Source: Octopus vulgaris
Lineage: Eukaryota
Direction of reading: 5' to 3'
Assembly: GCA_951406725.2 (NCBI GenBank)
Contig: OX597818.1
Span: 12,834,001 to 12,898,000 of the forward strand
DNA: 64,000 nt
In this document: positions 41,361-54,191 of the stretch, one piece after another
Layout: the number at the start of each line of letters is the position of its first letter
How positions within the stretch are numbered: the first letter of the stretch is position 1
Program-made: the position numbers and the translations under genes
Notes under the pieces: generated by a model
The model's database searches: none
What the model was told of the DNA's origin: nothing
The model's input: only the letters and a program-made list of their open reading frames with translations

Positions 41361-42670
41361 AACCAGAAAAGAAACGTCGCACTTTAAAAGACTATTTATT
41401 TCTCACACGGTATTGAGATTCTATGGATTTTATCACATTTCTATCTGGCTGCTTTGGCATTAGGAAATATTACTGACCCACACAACATCACCCTCGTTTG
41501 AAAACACAATAATTTCATGTTGTGTTCAAATTCGATCACATTTCGTGAACATGGTAATGCTCGCAAATGCCTCTTTATGAAAAGCAGGATGCAGGATCAA
41601 AACGTCGACTCATTTGGTATGAAAGGCATCCAAAATTAACAGCCTACGCAACAAGCATGCAAGACTAACATGAAATCAGAAAGAGGACGCCACCGGACGC
41701 CTCCATGCGGGTCAACGTCGATGTGTCATTGCTAATGACATGAACTGCAATATTTGGACAATCGAGCGGCTGAGGGAAGGATACAATTCCACAAACAGCA
41801 CGGAGGATCGTACATGAAGACGTTGACTGAGGGTTGAAACGGCACGTCAAGGTCCCCAACTGCACCGACAGTACTTGTAGGACCGATTCCGGAAGGTAAT
41901 GGAATCGAACTAGGCAGAACATATGAAGTCACCAGAGACCTATTTCTGCAGAGACAGCGAGCCGCCGGCTGAGTTCATTCAATCTGTTTTGCCGACGTCC
42001 GGGTAGGGTCCCCATCCTCACAGATCGTCAGCGATGCGGATGTCTGCAATGGGCTCAAAAACGTCAGAGCTGGTGATATCAGAAGTGGAGAAGTGTAGTC
42101 TTTCTCTGGCGAAAGTCGATATTGCGTTTCTGTAGCAGCTGACAGAGCTAGAATTTGGAGAGTGGGTGAACATCATGCCGATGGCTGTGCCATGGGTGGA
42201 CAGAGCAACATGATATAAGGCGCGATACACTCAAACAGACTTGGACCGGTCGTCTTCCAAATCATCGGCCAAGGCCGGAGCAATGGAGTAACAGCTACTC
42301 GCTACAGGGACCAAGTGTTGAGATTTCCTATTGTGCAATACTTTGCCCGTCTTAGGAATACCGACAACACAACAACGCCCGTGCCCATACTGCCAGCGTG
42401 ACAACAGACTTCCTCCAACAGCACAACACCCAGACATTTCCATGTTCTCCCTAAGTCTGGACTTGAACCTCATAGAGCAACTGTGGGACGAAATCCAAAG
42501 AATGCTAAATGACATCCGTCCAAGGCTGACAACTGCGATACAAATCACTGAAGGTTTTAGGAGAGTGTAGGCTGCATGACTTTCATCAATCGTTTGTTGC
42601 ATTCAATGTACATAAAATGCCTGGCGGTAATAAACGCTAACGGTGGTTACACGAGATATTGAATTGATAT
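41355..42670 (+). mobile_element. Decayed Tc1-like (DD34E) transposon; right TIR not visible
   Basis: FSGESRY (FSDESRF) at 42102, QHNNARAHTA at 42365, SLDLNLIEQLWD (SPDLNPIEHLW), and C-terminal VINANGGYTRY with stop at 42660-42662. Confidence 0.88.
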
Positions 42671-42760
42671 ATATATAGGTGTCTGTGTGCGTGTTTGGGG
42701 GATGCTTGCAAATAAAGAATAATTCATTACACATATTTATTTAATTCGGGCCGTAATTAT

Positions 42761-43330
42761 TTAATAACAGATTGACTCATCGACACATTGATTAAAGTTT
42801 CGCAGACGGAGATATACTTCTTCATCCTCAGATGTACAAAGGTAGAGTAAACAAATATTAAGGAGGTGTTCTACTCCTGAATATTGTGGGCCTTCATTGC
42901 AATTTCCCCTCACATTCATATTGTTGGAAATTATTGGCTTATCACATAATGCTCTGCTGTATATAGAAGACACTTTATTGGTGTCATGTAGCTGGCGGTT
43001 TGTAGTGACACAGGATTTAACGAAATTAGTTGCTGGCACATTATGTAGTAATTTAATCTAAAATAATCACCTTCTATACTTTCTTTTATATTTTGCTTTT
43101 ACTGCTCGTGTTGTAGACATGGATATGCAGAAAACCATGAATTGTAACGAACATAGCATACTGAGTCGTTTGAAATATTGTATTTGGAAGTGCCTATGAT
43201 TTTTACCATGATTTTCGTGTATAGGATACGATGAAAATTATTCCTTTCATTGCTGTCATCTTTTGAATAATAACAACTGATGCACATATATATTGTTCCG
43301 TATATATCCAGGGATAATTTCTGCACTGTG
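42761..43330 (-). pseudogene. Possible decayed glycosyltransferase family 92 (DUF23)-like coding remnant
   Basis: Ordered motifs YMCISCYY..VKIIG..VCYVRY..IKES..YYIMC / VP..VKSC..ALCDKPI..GVEH across ORFs 43099..43326 and 42761..43039; resemblance judged from memory only. Confidence 0.3.
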
Positions 43331-44812
43331 TACCCTCTCTAATCTCAGAAATATAAAAAAAATGAAGTTGAGGAAAGGGCAAACAATAAAGAGAATACCT
43401 AAGAATGACGAAAATATGCTAAGAAATAAAGGAAAAATTAGGTGGGCTGTTTGAATGATGTTGCTATCCTTGAAATTTTCATAAAATAATCACATGACCG
43501 ATTAATTAAAACTAACTGATATGCAAAGAATCCATACAATAACATTGCTTCTGGAGATTTGTTATTCCACACTCTCAGTTTGTAACATAAATTGAAATTA
43601 ACTTTTGGATATATATACTATTTTATATTTATTGTGTTCTAGCATGTTCTTTAAAATTGACTTTAGAAGTTCTACATTATCGTATATTTATGAGAATGTC
43701 TTCTGAGCTATTACCAAGAATGCTGGTTATTCTTGTTTGAAAAATATCCCTTGCAGCTGTTATTTTAGCAACACATTTTACAGCTTCACTTTTGATAATA
43801 TAATTAATATTTCTGAATACCGAAACAAAAATCCCACTTTAGCCTTTGTTTCTGTATACAATATCGTCAGAGTTAAATTATTTTATTAGTAATAATGTTC
43901 AATAAAAGAAAACAAACTCTTGAATTTCTCTAATATGAGGTAGAGTAAATTTGTTAGTTTCAAGATACAATATAAAGGTACATCAAAAACTAAAATATGT
44001 CAACAGAAGATGTTGATAAACTAGGGGAGATTATTTCAAATGCTGATTGACAAGGTTAAATATTAAACCAGAATCTATGCAACATATCTCAAGTTTAAAA
44101 CTGAAGAAATTTAACCACTACACATGTCTACAGACTCATATTGTCAATCATGAAAACACCATCTGTATATTTTCTAGTTAAAAATATACAGAATTTCCTT
44201 TCATCTATTGACTGTCGGTACTTTTATTATATATTCGGTATATTAAGTTAGAAGCTATATAAAATGATATATCAAAGCTCATTCAATTTCAAAGAAACAT
44301 CAAATGATAGAACTTTCTATGCTCTCAACCTAAGTACTGGTTTTAGCAGAATTGTTCCAAAATTACGCATGGAGTGTTTATGTAATTTTTAAAACTACTT
44401 TAAAGATTTTACTGTGTAGTGTTAAAATACAATATATCATATAAAAAGAAATTGAAACTATTAAAACCATTTTGTATATAGAACTTTACAAAAAGTCCGC
44501 ATAGAAATGTTGACTGTAGGCTTTTAGGCGCTTTTGGTCATTCTAGAGTATCACATTTGCATTGGACTATCTTAGCTCTTTCGTCTCGCATTTGCATGTA
44601 TCCAGTTTTCTTTTGCATTTGCGTGGCTTATCTAGTCTTGTGATTAACGACTTTTTCTTGTAGGGGATTGCTACTCTTTGAATGAATTTTTGGCTGATGG
44701 TAGATGCATTATGTTAGATGGAAATACATCTAGGTAACTTTTAAATATTTCAAATTTCCAAATATACCTCATGCAAAATATTCTACTGGCAATAAATTCT
44801 AGATGCTCGGTG

Positions 44813-46099
44813 TACAAAGTGCATTACAGAAGTTTTATACTTTTTCAGCAGAGACATATATTAATTTCAGATAAGTGCAAAACTCAACTTTCCTTCAAAG
44901 CAGTATCTTCTGACTTCAGTACACTTGTTATAGTGTACTAGCCATTTCGTGAAGTTCCCATTGAAGTTCTCCAAAGTGAAGGTGTTTAGGGCTCATGTCA
45001 CAGCCCCCTTCATCTTCACAATATTATCAAAACAACTGCCCATGAGATTCTCCTTCCGCCTGGGGGAACAATCTCAAGGGGCAAGGTCTGGAGTGTAGAA
45101 AGTTTAAGAAAGTGTTGTGATCCCAGTTCCGGGAAGTAGCTGGTTACCAGAATGGAACTGTGAATGAATGCATTGTCCTGGTGCAGGTGCCACCGACCAG
45201 TGTGGAAGAGTTTTGACCTTTTGTGACGAAATCTGTTCCTGAAATCCCTCATAACCTCTACAAAACACTGTCTGCGGTGTGGCCAGAGAAACCTCAGTGG
45301 ATATAGATGGTGCCCTTGCTTCTGAAACAGTGGATAATCAGTATTCCCCGGTGCATCTGCTTTGTTTGGCCTTCTTGGGCTTGGGTGAATCAGGATGTTT
45401 CCATTTGGAACTCTTTATCGCAATGTAGGCATCATAACTGTAGTACCAGCTTTGATCACTGGACATCCGCTACTCACGCGCTCGGCCTGAATGCAATGAA
45501 ACATTTCCCTGTTGTCATCCGTACTTTTCTTCGTCGCTGGACACCATGGGAACAGATTTTCTTCGAGTTTTACTTACGCTTTAGTCTTCATGAATAATTC
45601 TGTGTAGAGTTGCTACAGAAATTTCACACTACGCTTGTTGTCGTTATATAACATCAAGTTTACAGAACATTGCAGATCCATTCTATTAGCTTTGTTGATC
45701 TGGTGTACCTCTTCCCAACACACATCTCATTGTCTCTCACCTCGTCTCAATCTTATTTGAACCTGTTGATCTAGCGAAAAACTGATGTTAGCCTCATACA
45801 AGGTAATCCATATGCAGTTTGGAATATTCTGTAGGCGTTTTGTCCAGTTTAATAGCGAACTTTATCGGATAGCGAGCTTCCAAATCTTCGCATTCCAACT
45901 GCATACTGCGAACTACCCATTGTTTAGTATGGTGTGTGCAAAGTCGTGTTACAGTGGTCTATGGCTATCTGAAATATAAAAAGTTAGAAATTTTGTTCAT
46001 TAGATCTATAGTAATAGTATATTGCAATTACAATAATCTAGGACAACTGAACCTGCATCTCTCCTAAAATGTTTTCGCATTTCTGGAACGCACCTCGTA
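44813..46099 (-). mobile_element. Full-length-sized decayed mariner element
   Basis: Ends tacaaagtgcattacagaa / ttctggaacgcacctcgta form imperfect TIRs with TA; WHLHQDNAFIHSS motif in ORF 45016..45252; about 1.29 kb. Confidence 0.88.
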
Positions 46100-48116
46100 A
46101 ACTTCATCCGTCATAGTGTGGGATTTTCAAGATTAAAATAGTGGGTATCTGAACATGCCTAATGTCATTGAAAGAGACCATAGTTTAGAACACCATAGTT
46201 TAGAAAGGGGGTAGGTATAAATAAAATGAGAAATCATTTTCGGGGAATACTAATTGTGGTGATGACATGTTTTATATTTAATATATTACAGTTGAGAAAT
46301 AAATTTGTAATTGGATTATACATTTCATGTCACTTTATATCAATGGCATAAATTGTAATTAACTTCAATCTCTAACTCATTGGCATGAAAGTCCTTACAA
46401 GTCGGAATTACCTTTCAATATATTTTGTGTCTTCAAGTAAGTTTTTGTGCTGTTATAGAATTTAATCGTCTCATCACAATGCAATACACGAATACCTTTA
46501 TCACACATTTCTAATATTTAGCCTTGTTCCATAAATCATTAATCCTATTTGGTTTTTAGAATCAAGTTTAATGCAACTCTTCTTTCCCAATATCTGGGAA
46601 AATCTAATCCTTGTTTGAATCTTTAGATCCTCATTTCCATTATTTTAATTAGACCTGGAATATTTTACTTAAAATAGCATCCAATTTGAAGCTGAATACA
46701 CTTGGACCTGCAATAAAACATTTAGACTGAGCTGCTTTCCATATTGTGGAGAAATATAGGTGTTATTGCTAGCGACACTGAATTCTTTGATGCAATAAGT
46801 TCACGTACTTGGCAATTACATCTGTTAATACCATCCCCAACTTCATTTAATTGATTACTAAAATACATTTCCCGTGTGCTGTTGATTCATGAAGAAGTTT
46901 AGCTTTAAACAGCTTTCTACTGCTGAAAATCAAGTGTTAATGGGCGAATTCTCAGAAATTAAGATATATTATGTAATATAATCTTCTAGTATTATATTTA
47001 CAACATATATCAAAATACCAATATTTAAGGGTACTGGGTATTTTCAGAGATATTTATTTTATATGTAATAATTTAATTTATCACTTCATTCACGCTTCCA
47101 TTTTCTGCATTGTTAAGCAGAAAACTTGAAGAGTGAACACGGAAATCAAAAGTTTGTTTATTTCGTAACTTTGCTAAATTACACTGCTTACTAATGAAAA
47201 CCAGACATGGTCTACTATTGTTATACTCCATTTCTTTGCAGGAAGCTACAACACAGACGTTGCGATTGCATTTTCTATCAGCAACACCTTTGGACTAGAA
47301 AATAGCAATCTCGATTACCTCAAACATGTATTGTTTAAAAGAATTGAGAAAATGGAGAAAATAAAAAAAGGAATAGAAAAAAAGGAAATAAATATATTTT
47401 ATTTGCACATTAAATATAACTTTATTGCATTTGTATAATTCAGTGGATTCTGTGCAAATGTAACCATATTACCTGTCTGGATAACCACATTAAATAATTA
47501 ATTATTCAAATTAACAATTTAATGTGTATTACGATATTTTGTCAGTACAAACAGTAGAATTTTATATTACCAAAACTTAATCCACAGAAACACATTCTTT
47601 ACTATTAATATCACTTATTCTCTGCAAATCGTGCAGATTTAGAATAAAATAGGTCGGGAATGATTAAAATGAACTACAAATATTATGTAAATATGTATTT
47701 GTAAATATGCGTCTCTACGTGTGTAACTACGTGATCAATATAACTTGTCAATATTCTAGCACTTAATTATTGCTATGAAAAACATAGAAACATTTGATAA
47801 CACAAGTAAATAGTATTTACGCGACATGTCAGAAATTCTATATTGTACAAACCTATTAGTCTTTCTCCCCATCTGTGACTAATATATCGATTCGTTCATA
47901 CGTTATGGGGAAGCTATATTTGTTTGCCGAAACGTTCAATATATTACAGAGTTAGCATACTTGTAGCCAATTTATTGATATGGATCTATTGCAGCATGAT
48001 TTCCATATAATTTAATCTCTAATTTCAAGAATCAGCGTATATAAGTAGAAACGTGTATTTTGTCGTGCATACGTAGGAGTTTTGGGTCTGTTTAGAACTT
48101 GCTGTTTATAGACGTC

Positions 48117-48178
48117 TCACTTTACTTCTCGAAAGAGAACTATATTCCTATATATTTCTCTTCCGAGAAGTAAAGTGA
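48117..48178. repeat. Near-perfect hairpin (15 bp + 1 mismatch + 7 bp)
   Basis: tcactttacttctcg-a-aagagaa ... ttctctt-c-cgagaagtaaagtga. Confidence 0.9.
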
Positions 48179-48459
48179 TATAATTTCTATTTTACTGATA
48201 GAAAGAAACATCTATATCTAGTGAAATTAACGTTGTGTTAAACTACACCAAGGAATACAATATAATAGATTCATTTGTATATTTATGCATACGAATCTCT
48301 TATCTGATAGAAAGCAAATGCGTCCTATCAGATAAGAGGACTAGTTCTTATCTATTCCCCTTTGAAACCAATCAGGTGTCCTTGTGTGAAAACGCCTGTG
48401 TTTGTGTGTATCTATGCATGAGAATGAACACGTATATATCTATATATTCACACACACAC

Positions 48460-48511
<52 letters not shown>

Positions 48512-48667
48512 GTGTGTGTGTGTGTGTATGCAAAGAAAACGTGCACACCGATATACGCAAAAGATACAACTATGTGTATATATGTGTATATGTGTATGTA
48601 GGTGCACGCGAATTACAATAATAATTATAGAAAAAGGATCAAAGATAGAGGTCGACGAACATAAAAG

Positions 48668-48786
48668 AGGAGGAGGAGGAGGAGAAGAAGAAGAAGAAGA
48701 AGAAGAAGAAGAAGAAGAAGAAGAAGAAGAAGAAGAAGAAGAAGAAGAAGAAGATGATGATGATGATGATGGTGATGATGGTGATA
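48668..48786. repeat. (GGA)n(GAA)n(GAT)n compound microsatellite
   Basis: Direct reading. Confidence 0.95.
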
Positions 48787-49082
48787 CAAGAAAAAATGGA
48801 AGAAATATGAATAGATTGAAAAAGTGGTTTGGGGCTACTAAATTAAACGAATTGACTGCGGCAGCTGGACAAATATAGTGATAGATTGGTAGATATGGTC
48901 TTGTGTATAAACCAAATGACTGATAAATGTGTTTACTTGCAACTATCTAAAAAAAAATCATTTTGTAATACCTTGTTCTTTCGACATGTAAATATGATTA
49001 AAATCATTAAATATTCTGTGTATAAGTTTAAATTTTTGATGTAGATATTTTGTTCGCATAATTATTAATTGTTTCTTCTTAA

Positions 49083-49452
49083 GGCGGTAGCCTGGCAAAA
49101 TTGTTTGCACGCCGGGTAAAATACTTAGCAGTATTTCGTCTGCCGTTACGTCCTGAGTTCAAATTACGCCGAGGTCGACTTTGCCCTTCATCCTTTCGGG
49201 GTCGATTAAATAAGTACCAGTTACGCACAGGGTCGATGTAATCGACTTAATCCGTTTGTCTGTCCTTGTTTGTCCCCTCTGTGTTTAGCCCCTTGTGGGT
49301 AGTAAAGAAATAGGTATTTCGTCGCTCCTTAAGCTCTGAATTCAAATTTCGCCAAGGTTGACTTTGCCTTTCATATAAGTATCAGTTGAGACCCTTCTCC
49401 AAAATTCCCCTTTCCACCAAAATTGCTCCCTTTGTGTCACAATTTGAAACCG
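49083..49452 (+). mobile_element. SINE family B, dimeric core with the second core partly deleted
   Basis: ggcggtagcctggcaaaa head; gtcgactttgcccttcatcctttcggggtcgat..gtaccag core; second core from about 49315. Confidence 0.88.
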
Positions 49453-49454
49453 TT

Positions 49455-49806
49455 CTTTTATCTCTTATTTGCTCTAGTCATTTGGCGGCAGCCATGCTTG
49501 GGCACCATCTAAATTTTTCATTCGAAGAAATCGACCCAAGGACTTATTTCTGAAGCCTATTACTTATTCTATCAACCTGTTTTGTCGAACCGCTATGTTA
49601 CAGGGAGGTAAACACATCAACACTTGTTGTCAAGAAGTGATGGGGACACACATAGCTATATACATATACACTACGGGTTTCTTTCACTTTCCGTCTATCA
49701 AATCCACTCACAAAGCTTTAGTCGGCCCGCGGTTATAAAGAAGGTGCCACACAGTGCGACCATGTGGCTATGAGGCAAGCTTCTTACCACAGAACCACTC
49801 CTGCTT
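49455..49806 (-). mobile_element. SINE family A, diverged, tail-to-tail with the preceding SINE B
   Basis: Collinear with 56478-56925. Confidence 0.85.
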
Positions 49807-50119
49807 CTATTTACAACTTTATATGAATTATAATTTACAGCAATTCTGTGAAATATTTCTTTGGATTTAATTGTATTGAAAGACTAATTATATTCATGCC
49901 AAGTAAATGCGAACCGATTCTCCAGTGGTTTCTATGATAAGCATTCTACGTATGTTATTAGGTGAAATACGAATTCTTTGAATTACTGAATAATTTGATG
50001 AGAATTACAAAGAGAGAATTTATGATAAAACCGCTCTTGAAACTACGTATATTATCAATAATATGGCTTACAATCAATTCCCGACAAAATAATTCTACTC
50101 AGAGTACATGCATTGATCC

Positions 50120-53100
50120 CCAAAGCCCATCCCCTCCTCACTGTGGTGGGGACGCTGGCAACGGGTAGTGGCATCCCCAAAGTCCATTCCCTCCTCACCG
50201 TGGTGGAGACGCTCGTAACGGGTAGTGTCAGAGCTATGCCGTCGGGAACTTCGGTTCCTGGTAGGGCCACCCAAGGCGGATTGGTCTGACACTGAGTGGT
50301 ATTAGGGCCACGACCCTCGTGAAAATCCTCGGAGTGTCTGTTCCGGCAACCGGCGGCTCCTCGGTCGTTCTGTCCCTGCGTCTGCGAACAATCTGCGGCA
50401 AACAGGATGTCTCTACATGCGGGATTGTTGGGGACCGCTTGTGAAATCCACATATTCCCACGAAACTTTTTCCATGAATTCTCAATGGCGAATACAATGG
50501 CGAATTCTCACTCGACTACTACTGCTGCTGCTACAGCTGCTTCCAGTATTATACAAATCTACCCAAATCCTGCTATTGCTCTTCCGCTATTTCGGCGTAG
50601 AAGGGACCTGAGAGTAACGTGCTGGAACGTCAGAACATTTCGTGACAACGGTGTCCAGGCACCGCGTGGCCGTTGCTTGTCTTTCAGAGGTGCGGCTTGC
50701 GGACGTCGGCCATCTTCCGATCAAAGTCCCCGGCGAGGAGTTCACCTACCATCTGTATCACAGTGTTGTGGCTGATAACATTGGCTTCCATGGGGTGGCT
50801 ATATAGCTCAGCCCTGACGCGCAAGCGGCTTTGCCAATCTCGTATTGACTCGCACGGGTTCGATTGAAGGGTCAAATCTCGAACGTCAGCGTCATCGCTG
50901 TGTATGCTCCCACTCTCTATGCAGACGATGTGGACAAGAAGCGGTTCTCCGCAGATCTTCAGGCTGCGGTGTATGAAGTTATTTCCTGTGATGTTCTTAT
51001 TGTTACTGGGGACTGGAACGCTCGGGCCGGACCTGCTGACGATACAAAGCGGCACATTCTGGGACGCTTTGCCCTAGGTACTCGCTGTGACAATGGTGAA
51101 CGGCTCGTGTCTTTTGCGGAGGCTAATCGTTTGATCCTCACCAACACTAGCTTTCAACATCCGCAACGTCATCTCATCACATGGCGTTCCAATGATAGGA
51201 GAACGGCCAATCAGATCGATTACATCCTGGTCAGATCGCGTTGGGCCTGCTCGGTGATGGACTCTCGGGCGTTCCGGGGAGCTGACACGGGCAGTGAGCA
51301 TGGATCAGACATACTCTTGTTCGGGCGACCCTCCGTCGCAGGCTGTAGGCGAGACCTCCTCCTACGCGTCAGAAGAGGATCGATGTCTCGCGTCTCAAAC
51401 TCGAGGCTGGGAACCATTTTCGGCTTCGCGACGAGTTGGTTCAACAACTGGAGCAGGAATGGAGCGCACTCAAGACGGCGACGACTGAGGTGGCCGGGAA
51501 GCATCTTGGGTCCACCAGACGGCGCCATCGGGACTGGATCTCCAGCGACACTCTTGAACTCACTGAGAGGGCGAGAGTGGCTCGACTGGAGGGTGCACCA
51601 AATTTTCGAGATCTGCGACGATGCGCCTCGAGGGCCATCCGGGTCGATCGGAATGCACACTGGCGTGCATTCGCAGAGCGGACGGAAGAGGCTGTAGCCT
51701 GTGGTGAGTCGCGCAAACTCTACCAGCTGGTGAAACAGGCTAGCCTAGGCAATTCGGGTATCAGTGAGACGATCCGTGATCGGACTGGGGGGTCGTTACG
51801 AATCTTAGTAACCGGCTGGATCGATGGCGGGACAACTGCTCCGAGCAGCTCAACCATACGCCACCATCTTCATTTGTGCAGCCAACTGGGGACGACTACG
51901 TTTACAGCACTGCTCCTCCAACGGTCGAGGAGGTACGCGGTGTCCTGACTCGTCTCTGGAGTAACAAAGCACCAGGCGAAGATGGTATTCCAGCAGAGGT
52001 GTACAAAGCCGAGCCAGATGTCTTCGCATCCTGGCTCCATTGAGTCTTCTCCGCGGTGTGGGTGACAGAGCGTTTACATGAGGACTGGAGTGATGCAGCC
52101 CTCCTGCCATTCTTCAAGCGACAAAAAGCTGTGCTCAAACTATAGGAGCATCAGCCTTATCGATGTTGCTGCCAAATCCTTCGCAATTCTTCTGCTGAAG
52201 AGGTTCCAGACCGTCCGCGATGTCCGTACCCGACCTTCTCAGGGTGGCTTCCGTCCGGGAAGAGGGTGTGTCGCTCAAATCTTCAACCTCCGGCGTGTTC
52301 TGGAACAACGGTGGGCATACCAGCAGCCTACTGTTCTATGCTTCATCGACTTCGCTGCTGCCTTTGATTCGGTAGATCGAGAGGCCCTGTGGCGCATAAT
52401 GCCGGCGGACGGTATCCCAGAGAAGCGCCGTTTGATGTTCGGACAGGTGTGCGGCAGGGGTGCGCGCTGTCGCCAACCCTCTTCAACTTCGCCATTGACT
52501 ACGTTCTCAACACCGAGCTCCGGGACTACCGGTGCGTAGAGGTTGGCAGATGAGTCGCGGTGACGGACCTGGCCTACGCGGACAACATCGTACTGATGAG
52601 TGCAAGCAGGAGGATGTTCAAGCGGCTCTCAAAGGGGTTCAAACGGCAGCAGCCGCGGTTGGTCTCTGAATCAATGCCGCCAAGTCGAAAGTGATGAGGT
52701 CGTTTCTTTCGACCGACATCTGGCAGCCAATATCTCTTGCGGGCGAGGACGTGGAGGATGTGGAGTCTTTCGTCTACTTGGGCTCAACGGTGATCCCAGA
52801 CAGTCAGGTTGCAGCCATCTGTCCTTCTGCAACGGCGCTTGCGGTGGTTTGGCCATGCATGTAGGCGTCCGGTGGGTGAACTGAGCCGCGATGTCCTTCT
52901 CCCAACTCCACTTCCCAACTGGCGGAAACGCGCGGGCGGGCATCTGAAGACCTAGGTTACGACAATCAAGGAGGACCTCTCCGTGCTCACGGGGCCGCAG
53001 GTGGTCGGCCTGCGCCGATGGAACCGTGACTGGATCCATATCTCCAGTGAACCGGCACATGATCGTCGTGCGTGGGCAACCATGGCTCGAGATGACTCGA

Positions 53101-53159
53101 GGGTGGTAGAAGAAGACGACTCAACTCGCCCAGGGTGAATGTCGCCACAAGTACAAGTA
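50120..53159 (+). mobile_element. RTE-clade LINE with 5' UTR, frameshifted APE and RT, (CAAGTA)2 tail and 9 bp TSD
   Basis: TCWNVRT, VYAPT, GDWNAR, NQIDYIL, GSD (APE); NYRSISL, QGGFRPGRGC, FIDFAAAFDSVDR, LAYADN (RT); CATTGATCC at 50111-50119 and 53160-53168. Confidence 0.93.
50224..50293 (+). ncRNA. Structured RNA motif in the RTE 5' UTR
   Basis: 9 bp closing stem agtgtcaga/tctgacact; internal 8 bp stem capped by C(UUCG)G; GGG-CCA-CCC mini hairpin. Confidence 0.6.
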
Positions 53160-54094
53160 CATTGATCCGAATAAAACTAGGTTAAAAGTGAGGTAGTAAA
53201 CTAATGAGAGCATGATTAATTTCATCACAACTCGTTCATGAATTAAGTAGGTTGTATTAAGTTGACATCTCGATTGAAGTATAATAACAATTTCCAGAAA
53301 ATCAAATCCATTTCATACATGTGGTGTTGCGTACCGTATCTTGCTAAGTAAATAGCATAAGACGAGTAGCATATACATACACACACAAACACAGACACAC
53401 ACACATGCCCCCCCCCCCACAGAGCTAGATTCAGCTTGAGACCTGCGATCATGCAGGGGTAAAATCTTCACTAGTGTACATAACTATAAACAAACTAACA
53501 TTTGTGTGTGTATGAGCACCGAAATGTGTATTGTAAGATAGAAATAAGGTATTAATTTATTTTTGAATGCAGAATCGTCGATAGAGCAGCGGAAACATTG
53601 GATAAATTGGATTTAGAAAGTGGAAAACCCCATGTCTCATGAAGGCTCCGGCCAAGTTCTTTACCATTAAGCTAAACTGACCACCGACAAATTAATCCGC
53701 TTCAAGAGATGTTGGTTCGAGTCAATTTTCTCGCTATTTAAGGGTAATTTATCCAATACATTATCATCTTCTTTGTATCTTACGATATACATTTCGACGC
53801 TTACAAAAAACAAATGCTTGTTCATATTCTTATAAAAGTGGTTGTACTTTTAACTTTATAAGCGTCTAAAAAGTAGATTAATTTCATGGCAGGCTGTGTA
53901 GATTAATTTTAAAGCACTTGGACTAAATCCTAACAAAATATGAGTTCGTACCCCATAACTGCTTGTTGACAAAAGTTTCCGCTTTTTAGGGGTAATTCAG
54001 CAAGTGCATCTGTGTTCGGAAATAAATCATCATTTTATTTGTAACTTACCATATACACTTCGGCAGTTATTTATATACACGTGACACACACACA

Positions 54095-54191
<97 letters not shown>

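Noticed and set aside
48402-48878. 158 aa ORF with a poly-G/E/D tract
   Set aside because: Made of (TA)n, (TG)n and (GGA)(GAA)(GAT) microsatellites; no domain or splice context
50055-53060. Many overlapping minus-strand ORFs
   Set aside because: Antisense shadows of the GC-rich RTE coding region, where stop codons are scarce
53630-53690. tRNA-like A box on the minus strand (tagcttaatggtaaag)
   Set aside because: No B box or cloverleaf; at most a decayed SINE head, not a tRNA gene
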